Source of the DNA: Malacoraja senta
Lineage: Eukaryota
DNA length: 64,000 nt
NCBI GenBank assembly: GCA_038087875.1
Contig: CM075998.1
Coordinates: 6,946,001-7,010,000, forward strand
Reading direction: 5' to 3'
Part shown: piece by piece, positions 52,042 to 64,000 of the stretch
Position numbering within the stretch: the first letter of the stretch is position 1
Layout: each line of letters starts with the position of its first letter
Program-made: the position numbers and the translations under genes
The notes under the pieces: model-generated
Databases searched by the model: none
The model's input: only the letters and a program-made list of their open reading frames with translations
What the model was told of the DNA's origin: nothing

Positions 52042-54276
52042 TGATAGATTTCAACCTTAAGCTCTTCATTTGAACAAACCATTGTCGACCTGAAGAAGAG
52101 GAAGATTTTAGAAACCAGCAAAGGATGAGTAAAAACTGATATGAATGCAAACCAGCAAGTGTATAAGATTGTCAGTATGTAAAGAAGAGAGCAACAACAT
52201 TAAATATTAGTTGTTTTAGAAACTCCAGAAGTATTTACAATGGGGAATCAAAAACTGGTAGAGATATTAACCATATTTTGTAAATCTTCAGAACAGAAAA
52301 CAAGAAAAGTATACCCAGAGGGAGTGGGGAATTTTAAACAATTGTATTGCTAAAGTAGAGTCATACAGCATAGAAAAAGGTCCTTCAGCCCAAATTGCCC
52401 ATGCCAACCAAAATGCCCAATCTATACTAGTCCCACCCTCCCAGGTTGGCCCATATCCCTCTATCCATGTACCTGTCCAAATGTCTTTTAAATGTTGTTC
52501 TAGAACCTGCATCAACTCGTTCCATATTACCTCTACCCTCTGTGTGGAAAACGTTGCCCCATCGGGTTCGTATTAAATTTCTCCTCTCACCTTAAAACTA
52601 TGTCCTCTGTTTCTTAATTCCCCTGCTCTGGGTAAAAGACTGTGTGTATCTTATTCTCCTCATGATCTTATACACCTCTATAAGATCATCCCTCATCCTC
52701 CTGTGCTCCAAGGAATAGTCCTTGCCAGCCCAACCACTCCCTATAGCTTAACCCCAAGTTCTGGTAACGTCTGTATAAATTGTCTCTGCACTCTTTCCAG
52801 CTTACCAACATCAGTACTTGCAACCCCTAATCCCATTTTTAAGACCCTTTTGTACATTTGAAAACCATAGATTGCATTTAATATTTTCTGCTCTGTTTCT
52901 AACATTTTTACATGGGATTGCACGCACTACTTTCACTAATGTTGGTCAAAGGTGGAAAATTGGTTAGGTTATCAAATCAGCGCTGATCATGGGATGTTTG
53001 CCATCCACCTGAGTAAGCATGTTTGGCTCTTCAATTTCACATCTGCTAAAGGGTTGTATGAGCACACCTTCACTGCTGCACTTGAATAGCAACCCAGAAT
53101 ATGGACTAGTCCTGCAGTACGGTTTCAACCCATAACTTTGCCGAGGTGATAATGCTACTGATTGAATCGAGGTCTTATTATTCTATGTCTGAGGTCCTGT
53201 TTTTATTGCCTCCTTTTTAGGATGCAAAGCCCAAGTCTTTCCAGCTTCTCGTAACTCAATTCACCTGACCTTTGATATATTGGTCTTGTATATATCTTCC
53301 ACCTTGCTTCCGATGCTTGACCAATACTTTATCTTTGACAATACAGTATCTTTGACCAATACTCATAATCTAATACAATTTCCATATTGTAGCGTTTGAT
53401 CATGGCTCCTAATTTGTGTTCTACAATAATTCAGCATTGTGTATAGATCTCTAGAATAGCTATATTGTATGGCACCAAGCATTAAGTGATAACTTTTTCA
53501 TTGAAAATGTCAATCATCGCGCAAAGTGATCATAGAGGCAGGTTCAATAAAATTTGCTCTGGATCGTCTGACAATTAATGTATATGGTTTATGATATAAA
53601 CCAGTCAATTTTAAAGTTTTGCTATACTTCAGTAATTTGGCACTGTAAATATTAAGTTGTATTCTAACACCATTGCTCTCGCCCAGTTTTCAGAACTGCT
53701 TAACTACTGAGTGACCACACAAGCGCAATGCATAATTTGAAGAGATCTTCATGTTAATGGAACCTCTTCTAGTGCAAGTGTTTTCACAGTGCAACTAGCA
53801 TCCCTTTTATACTGGGATGGTTTTGGAAGCATTTGCATCGCCATTTCCTACAAAGTCGCAAACGCAGCTTTTCATTATGCTGAAAATTCTCCATGCACCG
53901 ATTATCACACTGCTGTTTTAAGAGCTTGCTGTGCGCAAATTAACTGCTGCATTTCCTACATTACAACAGTGACTGCAGTTCAAAAATACTTCACTGGTTG
54001 TATAGCACTTTGGAACATCTTGCAATTGTGAATGGCGCTATGAAAGAAAGCAAGTTTTATTTTTCAATGGACCAGTAATAGCAAAAATACACTGCTGAGC
54101 TGTATCGGCAAGCTAACTTCATGGCAATACATCTGCAACAAAAAAACTGTGTGTGACAAAATGTTTCCGAGTATTGTGCTCATTTGAAATTTTATAAATG
54201 AGCCTGGATTAAAATAAAGAGAAACCTAACCTGCAGATTCTCTACCAACATGTGGTTATTTCTGCTTTGCCTGCAG

Positions 54277-54397
54277 AGAATCAGTATTTGGCTACAAGGA
54301 CCTTGAAATCCAATTGTACTACACTACCTGCAGCCTCACTACATTCTTCAATATCAAATACTCCAGCAAAGTTATAGAAAAATATGACAACGTAGAG
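54277..54397 (+). CDS. HAT1: HAT1-like exon 4
   Basis: ESVFGYKDLEIQLYYTTCSLTTFFNIKYSSKVIEKYDNVE, compared with ETAFGYKGLKILLYYIAGSLSTMFRVEYASKVDENFDCVE. 121 nt. Confidence 0.92.
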
Positions 54398-55710
54398 GTA
54401 GGCTATTAAACTGTATCGGTTGCTTGTCTTCACTAGGTCTTGCTAATGCTAAGTAGTGTGGAGGTTAATCACTCCAATGTGATACAGCAGCCTCTCCTAA
54501 AAGCATTAAGGTAATGCATTAGTTCATTGACTTTGCCTTGCGTTACTCTGATGGTAATAGAGATTGCAGTCTGATTCAGTGTTCTGAAGTAAGGAGGCAA
54601 GTTTTGACAGACTTTCTGGTCCTAGTTATTGTCCCGTGAAGATCGCTTTGGATTGAGATGTATCATTCTATGTTTATTTTGTCTCGCCTCTCCCTTGTTT
54701 GCATTCTCCAATGGTCCTTTGTCTGGGCTTGTACAATAGGAGCAGCCAAGTATTTGGAGGCTTGCTGATGTTTCTGATACTGAACCACAGCAGGAGTTGC
54801 CACTTACAAGAAAGACTGGGTAGCGATTTCCAAATCCAGTCGGGTTTATTGTCATTTGCACGAGTCCAATGAGGTTCAGATGCAATGAAAATGGTGCTCG
54901 GAACAGCACCATAGGCACATAGACTCAGACAAACCCACAAAAACATAATTATGCATAAATTCTGCAAAATTATAATAGATAGAGGCAGACATTAGTGCAA
55001 AACAATTAGAAAAACAAGTAGTCCAAGAGGTGGTCCTTAGTGTTCCATTGCCGAGGTAGGTTGTGGGGTTATGCTGGTTGGTTCAAGAACCTGATGGTTG
55101 TAGGAAAGTAACTGCACTGTTTGGAACCAAGGGAAACCAAAAATAGGATTGTGTGCTTGATGTGATTGTTTCACCAGCCTTCCACTCCTGTATTTATAGC
55201 AGACATTTCATCATTTTAAAAATATAACCAAGGAACTGCGTGCATATAGAATCATCTTTGGAGAGCCATGTCATTGATTAAATTACTTTTCACTGAACTA
55301 ATAAAGCTCTTTGTAATTGTGTTTTTAATAATGGCAAATGTTTACCTGGATCACTAAAAAAAATCCTTCAGATCCTAGTGAGTAAGAGGAAACTCTTACA
55401 ATTGTTCTGACCGAAAAACATTCCTTCTGCCCAACTGAACATTAGGACATTAGAACATTAGGAGGCATTGATGTTCTTGTTCCTGTTGACTTCAATGGTT
55501 GATATGAAAATATTGGCAAGATTTTTTTATGTACAGATGAACAAGTGATCTGTTACTCAGCTGTGTTGAAATAATGTTGAGCTGTGGGAGCAATAAGAAT
55601 CCTCAGTATGCAGAAATAGAAGAACGATAGAGGGAGGGTAAGAGAAGAAACAAACTGCTTCCATTGTACATAAAGCTCTAGTTTATTTTAAACAATTTTT
55701 TCCTATCTAG

Positions 55711-55890
55711 GTTGATAATATTGAAAGTAAACTGTTAGAATATATCCCAACTGGTTACTGCAGCAACCTTGATGAATTTATTGTGCAACTGGAAAAGGAT
55801 GCATCCTTCAGACCATTTGGATTACTTATTCACTCATACACCATGTATGATGAAAAGGAAGGACTGGAGTTAAACTATGAGATTTACAAG
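55711..55890 (+). CDS. HAT1: HAT1-like exon 5 (gene presumably continues beyond the window)
   Basis: VDNIESKLLEYIPTGYCSNLDEFIVQLEKDASFRPFGLLIHSYTMYDEKEGLELNYEIYK. 180 nt, with ctag acceptor and gtgagt donor. Confidence 0.92.
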
Positions 55891-57672
55891 GTGAGTGGAT
55901 AAATATGGATTTCTAATGGCTATAATGATGCCTGAGTGATTCTTTGCCTATTTGAACGTGTGACCCCCCCCCCCCCCCCCCACAATTCGTACAAGATTCT
56001 CTAAACTAAAAATCAATACTGGTTTTCTTTCTTTTTTACTGAGACATAAATTTTGGATGTTTTTCATGGCAATAATTTCTATGGTCAGTTCCCTCCTGTT
56101 TATAATAGTGCAGGTAGTTGTCACTAGCATCCTGTTGTGTCCAAGTGGTGACCCGACTGGCACTAACACTTCCACAGACTCCACAGCTACTATCAGCAGT
56201 GATGAGCTGAGGCATGGTTGGAGTTAGTATTAAGGAGATGAAAAATGGGTGGCTTCAGTGATGACATAAGAACATAACAACAGTATAACACGGGAACAGC
56301 ACATAATGGTTGTGCATGGCGCAAAATTAAAAATAACCCCAACTGCCTGCAAGTGGTCTATATCCCTGCATATTCGTATGCCTATCGAAATGACTTTTAC
56401 ACCTGCATGTAATACTCCAAATGCGGCCAAACTTACATTTTATTCGTGGTTCATCCTGACACGTACTCAATGCCCCAAACGAAAAGGCCTGCATCACTTT
56501 TGCCATGCTATCTATTTGTGTTATCACTTTCAGGGAACTATGGACATGGACCCCAAGATCCCTTTGCCTATCAATACTCTTAAGGGTCCTGCCTATTACC
56601 GTATACTTGTTACCCATATCTTTCCTCCTGGAACATGCCGGTCCTGATTTCTGATCAGCTAGTCTTTAAACGCCACCCGCATGTCGAATGTGGACTTGCC
56701 AAATAAAGCTGCTCCAAATCTTCTACTTCTAGCTCCTGCCTAGAAAAGTTGTAATTTGCTTCCCCCCTATCTAGCACTAAGCTTATCCTTATTCATAGCT
56801 ATCTTAAAACCTAAGGAGCTGTGATCATGTCCCCAAAGTGCTGGCCTACTGAAACCTCAATCACCTGGCCAAGCTTGTTTCCCAATACAAGGTCCAGTTG
56901 GTCCCTTCCCTGGTAGGACAATCTACATACTGTTCCAAAAAGCCCTCTTGGATGCACCGAACACAATCTGCCCATCTAAGCCTCTTGCACTAAGGAGGTT
57001 CCAGTCAATAGTGGGGAAATTTAAATCCTGACTACCACAACCTTGTTGCTTTTGCATCTTCCCTTCATTTTACTACATATTTATTCCTCTAAATCCAGCT
57101 TGCCATTGAGAGCCTAAAATATAACCATCAGAGTGATAGCATCTTTTCGTCTTTTTGACTTCTACCGATATTGCCTCCGAGGATGAGCCCTCCAGCATGT
57201 CCCCTCGGAGTGCAGCTATGACATTCTCCCTGATTAGAAAAGCAACTCTTCCACCTCTTTGATATCCCCTCTCTCACATCTGAAACATCAAGACCGTGGA
57301 ACAACGAGCTGCCATTCCTGTCCCTCTCAACCACGGCTCTGTAATGATCTAGTTCACAAATGTGGTGAACAGTTTAATTTAGTTTTAATAAGATGCCACG
57401 GAGTGGATGGAGTTGGTGTCTGGGGAATGGAGTTTGTGAATGTACACAGTGTCTTCACTTATCCGTTATTTAATTGGAGGTATGTCCTGCTCATTCAGGA
57501 CTGGATTTCAGGAAAATCAGTTGTAATCTTCTGAATTTGTAGTCGGCGGGGCAGTACTCTGCATATCGCCAACTTGTTAGGGTTGCCATGCCATGCCAGG
57601 AAATGATGGTGAGGCAGAACTAGGTGCCAGCAGCTGAATTTTCAGATTATGCTGATAGATCCATAGGGGGTG

Positions 57673-57981
57673 TTTACAGATACAGTTTGAACATAGGCCC
57701 TTCAGCCCAACCAATTATTGATCACCTGTTTACACTAGTTCTATCTTATCCCACGTTTGCATCCACTCCCTACACACTAGGGACAATTTCTTAGATGCCA
57801 ATTAACCTACAAACCCACACGTCTTTGCAATGTTGGAAGAAACCGGAGGACCTGGAAGAAACCCATTCAGTCACAGGGAGAATGTGCAAACTCCACACCG
57901 TCAGTAGCCTAGGTCAGGATCGAACCTGGGTCTCTGAAGGTGTGAAGCAGCAGCTTTACCAGCTGAACCATCGTGCCACCC
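57673..57981 (-). mobile_element. HE1-type tRNA SINE (older)
   Basis: Reverse complement of the SINE head (GGATCGAACC B-box) and body. Confidence 0.75.
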
Positions 57982-58240
57982 TTGCCGGGTGAAACAATAG
58001 AAGTAACAGGAACTCTAACTAATTATTGGCCGTGCAGAAGCCATTTTCTTTCGTTTTTACTCAATTTTCTAACTAATTGTTTCATATAACCCATCTTGTA
58101 TTCTTCCTCTGCCTTCTACTGAAGTACCCAATGACATGAAGAAATAGCATTTTATATCCAAATCAGAGTGGTGCACAACTTGCAGGAGTGTCTGCAGGTG
58201 GTGGTGTTCCCATGCCACTACTTATGCCTCTTGGTGGGAG

Positions 58241-58500
58241 AGTTTAGTTCAGAGATACAGGGCGGAAACAGGCCCTTTGGCCAAACGAGTCCGCGCCAAT
58301 CAGCGATCCCCGCACACTAACACTATCCTACACATGAGGGACAATTTACAATTTTGCCAAGCCAATTGCCTACAAACCTGTACATCTTTGGAGTGTGGGA
58401 GGAAACCAGGAGAACGTACAAACTCCATATAGTCAGGACCGAACCCAGGTCTCTGGCGCTGTGAGGCAGCAATTCTATCGCTGCGCCATCGTGCTGCCCT
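58241..58500 (-). mobile_element. HE1-type tRNA SINE
   Basis: Reverse complement of the 33166-33456 family. Confidence 0.82.
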
Positions 58501-60923
58501 TAGAGGATGTGAATTTGGAAGATGCTGGCAGCAGGCAAGACAAGTAACTGCAATGGAGTTTGTAGATGATGCATACTGCAGCCACTGTGTGCACAGGTAG
58601 TGAATGTTTAGGTTGGTGGATGGAGCTGCACACAAAGCAAGGAAAGGGTTTTCCACCACACTCCTGACGTGCCATGTAGATGGTGGAAAGGCCTCAGAAC
58701 GTCAGGAGATGAGTCGCTTGCCACTGGATACCCGGTCTCTGACCTGTTGTGTTATTTATGTAGCTGGTTCATTTGAGTTTCTGGTCGATCATGACCCCAG
58801 TGCATTGGTAGTGAACATCTCAGTGATGGTGATGTCATTGAACTTCAAGGACAGGACGTAGACTCTCATATTGGAGATGATCATCGCTCAGTACTTTAGT
58901 AGCACAAATGTTACTTGTCACTTATCAGATCATGTCTGAATGTTGTCTCGGTCTTGCTGCATGCACTTAGGTCAGTTAATTTGCTGAGGAGTTGTGAATG
59001 GAATTGACCATTGTATGATCATCAGCAAACCATACAAACCTTATGATGAAAGGAAGGTCATTGACCAAGCAGCTGAAGATGGTTGGGCCACGGGCACTAC
59101 CCTGAAGAACTCTTGTAGTGACGTGCTGGGGCTGCAATTATTGACCACTATCAACTCCAACCATTTCTTATGTACACGGACTGATGCCAACCATTTTCCC
59201 TTTGATGCCAAATGACCAGTTTTCCCAGGTTTTCTTGATGCCACATTTAGTTAACTGTTTTGTTAACATCAGGGGCAGTTATTCTCACCTCGCTTCTGGA
59301 ATTCAACTTTCTGGTCCATGCTTGGACTAAAGCTGTGATAAGATGTGAATCCAAGCGGTCCCAGCAAAATGCGAACTGGGCATAGATTATTGGTGAGTGA
59401 GTATCAATTAATATCATTATTGACAACATCTTCCATCATTTTGAGAGTAGACTGGTTGGGTGGTAATTAACTAGATTGGATGTGTCATTTTGTAAACTGA
59501 GCAAATGTGAGCAGTTTCCCACATGGGTAGATGCTGGTGTTGTAACTGTCCTAGAACAGTTTGGCTAAAGGTGCAGCTAGTTAGGAACCATCTATTTTCA
59601 GTACTGGGGCTGCAATATCTGTGCCCGTAGCCTTTGCTGTGTACGGTGCTCTCAGCTGTTTGTTTATATATTATGGAGTGATTCAAATTGGCTAAAGACA
59701 GGATTCTGTGAAAGTGGAGATCTCAGGAGGAAGGCTAGATAAATAATCGACTAGACACATCTGGGTTCAACTGCTTTCGCCTTGTCTTCAGCACTTGCAA
59801 GCTGGGCTCTTCTATTGAGACTGCCAACTACTGTTAGCTGCTTAACTGCCCTCTACTGTTCAACTCAGCACACAGTAGTAGGGTTGATTTGTAGCTTGGC
59901 TGATCTCTCAGTTGTCCTGTGTATGCTCCTTCTGTTCTGCATTCATGTTGTTCTATGTAGTAACTTCACTTTATCTCCAGGCACATGTTTTGCAACTGCT
60001 GACAAGCTCTTCTGCACTCCTTATCAAATCAAGGGTGATTGTAATGGTAGAGTAAGAAATATGCCAAGCCAGAAAGTCACACAGTCAGCTGTCTACAGTG
60101 CTACATGAATACTCAACTTTAAGTTGTCAACATCTCTGTAGTCTCTGCTTTAGCTGGAAATAATACCACCCAGCACAAAAGGAATATAGACAAAAATGCT
60201 GGAGAAACTCAGCGGGTGCGGAAGCATCTATGGAGCAAAGGAAATAGGCAACAGACTGATGCAGGGTGAGTGGGAGGGGTGGGAAGAAACCCTTCTTCCC
60301 GCCCCCCACTCTACATCAGTCTGAAGAAGGGTTTCGACCCGAAACGTTGCCTATTTCCTTCGCTCCATAGATGCTGCCGCACCCGTTGAGTTTCTCCAGC
60401 ACTTTTGTCGAGCTTGGATTTTCCAGCATCTGCAGTTCCTTCTTGAACAAAAGGAATGTATCCTTTATGTGAACATGAGCTGTTGTTATACAGTTACTCT
60501 TCCCGTTTCTGTCATGCTGTCAGCCATAAAAGTCACTGGGAATCTTTGGTGCGTCCGTCCTGTCTGGGGCAAGATATTCCCAAAGATGTTAATGGGCAGA
60601 TCTGTGTGGGTATCATTCAACTGCAGATGCTGGTTAATACACAAAAAGATACAAAGTGCTGGAGTAACTCAGCAGATCAGGCAGCATCTCTGGAGAACAT
60701 GAATAGGTGACATTTCAGGTTGAGTCTGAAAGAGGGTTTTGACCTGAAATGTCACCTATCCATGTTATCCAGAGATGCTGCCTGACCTGCTGGGTTACTC
60801 CAGCACTCTGTGTATTTTTGTTTCCGATAACTCCTTGGCAGAGTCAGGTTCATAAACTTGAATTCTAATCCCAAGATTTGAGGACAGAATTGAGGTTGTT
60901 GCTCCTGATGCCTCACTGTTATA

Positions 60924-62527
60924 CAGTGCATTCAGAAAGTATTCAGACCCCTTCACTGTTTCCACATGTTGTTACGTTACAGCCTTATTTTAAAATGGAT
61001 TAAATTCTTTTTTTTTAAACATCAATCTACACACAAAAAAGCCGAGAATGAAGAAGCGAAAACGGGTGTTTAGAAATTTTTGCAAACTGATTAAAAAGAA
61101 ATAACTGAAATATCATATTTTCATAGGAATTCAGACCCTTTGCTATGACACTCAAAATTGAGTTTAGGTTCATCCTGTTTCCATTGATTATCCTTGAGAT
61201 GTTTCTACAACTTGAATAGAGTCCACGTGGTAAATTAAATTGATTGGACATGATTTGGAAAGGCACACACCTGTCTATATAAGGTCCCACAGTTGACAGT
61301 GCATGTCGGAGCAAAAACCAAGCCATGAAGATGAAGGAATTGTCCGTAGACCTCCGAGACAGGATTGTGTCGAGACACAGATCTGGGGAAGGGTATAAAA
61401 CAATTTCTGCAGCATTGCAGGTCCCGAAGAGCACAGTGGCCTCCGTCATTCTTAAATGGAAAAACTTTGGAACCACCAGGACTCTTCATAGAGCTGGCCG
61501 CCCGGCCAAACAGCTATCAGGGGAGAAGGGCCTTGGTCAGGGAGGTGACCAAGAACCCGATGGTCACTCTGACAGAGCTCCAGAGTCCCTCTGTGGAGAT
61601 GGAAGAACCTTCCAGAAGGACAACTATATCTGCAGCACTCCACCAATCAGGCCTTTATGGTAGAGTGGCCAGACGGACGCCACTCCTCAGTAAAAGGCAC
61701 ATGGCAGCCTGCTTGGAGTTTGCTAAAAGGCATGAGAAACAAGATTCTCTGGTCTGATGAAACCAAGATTGAACTCTTTGGCCTGAATGGCAAGTGTCAC
61801 GTCTGGAGGAAACCAGGCACCGCTCATCACCTGGCCAATACCATATCTACGGTGAAGCATGGTGGTGGTAGCATCATGCTGTGGGGATGTTTTTCAGCGG
61901 CAGGAACTGGGAGACTAGTCAGGATCGAGGGAAAGATGAACGGAGCAAAGTACAGATAGATCCTCGATGAAAACCTGCTCCAGAGCGTTCAGGACCTCAG
62001 ACTGGGGTGGAGGTTCACCTTCCAACTGGACAACAACCCTAAGCACACAGCCAAGACAACGCAGGAGTGGCTTCGTGACAAGTTTGTGAATGTCCTTGAG
62101 TGGCCCAGCCAGAGCACGGAACTGAATCCTATCAAACATCTCTGGAGGGTCCTGAAAATAGCTGTGCATCGACACTCCCCATCCAACCTGACAGAGCTTG
62201 AGAGGATCTGCAGAGAAGAATGGGAGAAATTACCCAAATACAGGTGTGCCAAGCTTGTAGCGTCATACCCAAGAAGACTTGAGGCTGTAATCACTGCCAA
62301 AGATGCCTCAACTGAGTACTGAGTAAAGGGTCTGAATACTTATGTAAATGTGATATTTCAGTTATTTTTCATTACTTTGCAAAAATTTCTAAACACCTGT
62401 TTTCGCTTTTATGTTATGGGGTATTGTGTAGATTGATGATAAAAAAAAGAATTTAATCCAATTTAGAATAAGGCTGTAACGTAACAAAATGTGGAAAAAG
62501 TGAAGGGGTCTGAATACTTTCTGAATG
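60924..62527 (+). mobile_element. Tc1 element, same family as 17302-18895; frameshifted transposase; right TIR lacks its last 5 bp
   Basis: TA|CAGTGCATTCAGAAAGTATTCAGACC. ORFs 61325-62322 ([43 protein letters not shown]). Ends TTTCTGAATG without CACTG. Confidence 0.96.
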
Positions 62528-63063
62528 TTATCTGGGCATTGTATTGTTGCTGTTTCTGGAAGCTTGCTTTGCACAGATTAGCTGCTGCATTTCCTCACAT
62601 GCTGCAGAAGAACTTCAAGTTATACTGTTTGAGGACATCCTGAGAATGAAAAAAAGAGAAGAAACGCAAGCTATTTAATTTACCAAGGCTCTTGCTTCCA
62701 GTTTATTAGACTGGTCTCCAGACTTTGCCACTTGAACCAAGATGTTGTTGAGGAGATTGAAGCAGTGTTAATTGAACTTGGTGTGCTTTTGTAATTTCTG
62801 AATTGAATACCTAGATTGCTGGTGAGTGATGCAACTGATTTTATCTTTCTCCTTTCCAGTGGTTTGGTAACACTGAGTAGGGTAAAGTTCACGAGAACAT
62901 TAAAAAAAAATTAATACTGAAGGGTAGTGGAAGGCTGGAGGTGTGTGTGTGTGTGTCTCTCTCATGTACACACACACACACCACCTTGGATGTAGATGGG
63001 TTGGTAGAATTTCAGATAGTGAGGAAACTGTCAAACTATACAGTGGGATGTAGGATCAGTTAA

Positions 63064-63643
63064 AGGCCTGTCTCACGAGTCTGCGGTCATTGGCGGCGAA
63101 ACAGGAAGAATCTACCGCTCCTGGGCCGCCATAGACCGCGCACTCGGTCAAACGCACAATTCCAGGGCCGTGCGGCGTTGTTCCCAACCCCGCACGGTGC
63201 TAAAATAAAACCAACACTGTTCAAAAATATGTCCCTACCGCACAGCCTCCACCAGTGAGGCACGAGTGCGGCACGGCCGCCACCACAGCCGCCGCCAGTG
63301 TGGCACGAGCGCCGTGCGTCGAACTTACACTGCCACAGCCTCCGCCAGTGAGGCACGACCGCCGGCACGGCCGCCGCCACAGCCACCGCTACAGCGCCGC
63401 GATCAGGACGGCCGCCGCCACAGCCCCGCAGATCCAAAATGACGTCATCGCAGTCGGCCCGCCCTTTTTTTTTACTTATCGCAAACACGTGGGACCAGCC
63501 GTATTTAAATCACTCGGCCCCCGCGCAGCATCCGTGCGGCGCTCCCGTGGCATAGGCTCGGCGCTCTCGCCGTTGCCGTGCGGTCCCCTCTACAGGCGAA
63601 GCCGCGCTTCACCGCCGATGACCGCAACACCGTGATACAGCCT
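63064..63643. mobile_element. GC-rich PIF/Harbinger-type MITE
   Basis: Imperfect TIRs AGGCCTGTCTCACG / CGTGATACAGCCT flanked by TAA/TTA. Internal repeat CACAGCCTCC(A/G)CCAGTGAGGCACGA. Confidence 0.65.
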
Positions 63644-63699
63644 TTACAGAAATGTTCAGTTTAGTTTATTGTCACGTGTACAGTGAAAAGCTTTTGATA

Positions 63700-64000
63700 T
63701 GGCAGATGAAGTTTATCTGAGCAAGCGTGAGGTGTTACACTTTGGGAGGTTGAATGCAATTGATGGCAAGATCTTTAACAGTATTGAGGTACTGAGGATC
63801 TTGGGATCCAAGTCCATAGCACCCTGAAAGTGGCAACACAAGTGGATATAATGGTAAAGAAGGCGTATATTATGCTTGCCTTCATCGGTCGGGGCATTGA
63901 GTATAAGAGTCAGAAAGTCAAATTGCAGCACAAAAGAATTTTGGTCTGGCCGCATTTGGATGTTTTATGCAGTTTTGGTTGCCCAATTGAGGGAAGGATG
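63700..64000 (+). mobile_element. Degenerate CR1 RT fragment running off the window
   Basis: Remnants of KCEVLHFG, DLG..V, KAY.MLAFI.RGIEYKS and RPHL. Confidence 0.75.

Noticed and set aside
63087..63635. Ala/Arg-rich ORFs or a gene promoter
   Set aside because: They lie entirely within a TIR-bounded element.
55891..64000. HAT1-like exon 6
   Set aside because: No segment resembling the expected YHERLQTFLMWFIETASFID region was found. It presumably lies beyond the window.

Overview
Vertebrate genomic DNA, very likely an elasmobranch (shark/skate/ray), judged from its HE1-type tRNA SINEs, CR1/HER1-type LINEs, Penelope-derived repeats and IR/DR Tc1 elements. Three host genes are visible. (1) The last four coding exons of SMARCC2 (+, stop at 13132-13134). 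(2) A complete MYL6 gene (-, 35690 to ~25115, 151 aa, with both alternative C-terminal exons), convergent with SMARCC2 as in human 12q13. (3) The first five exons of a divergent HAT1-family gene (+, from 43388). Much of the rest is transposon-derived. The most unusual feature is a ~520 bp minus-strand cassette at 16750-17269, between SMARCC2 and MYL6. It consists of 24 nt of 28S rRNA-like sequence starting at the -28 R2 self-cleavage position, a foldable HDV-like ribozyme, a ~140 nt structured tail ending in AAAA, and ~200 nt of 28S beginning exactly at the R2 insertion site (TAGCCAAATG). This looks like an ORF-less, R2-derived, ribozyme-bearing retroelement sitting outside the rDNA. Other notable points are a possible HAT1 ohnologue, a CR1 chimera that copied a HAT1-intron segment 50.7 kb away, a strict 4-residue repeat in the SMARCC2 tail, and three CArG boxes in MYL6 intron 2. 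All calls were made by eye, without database searches.
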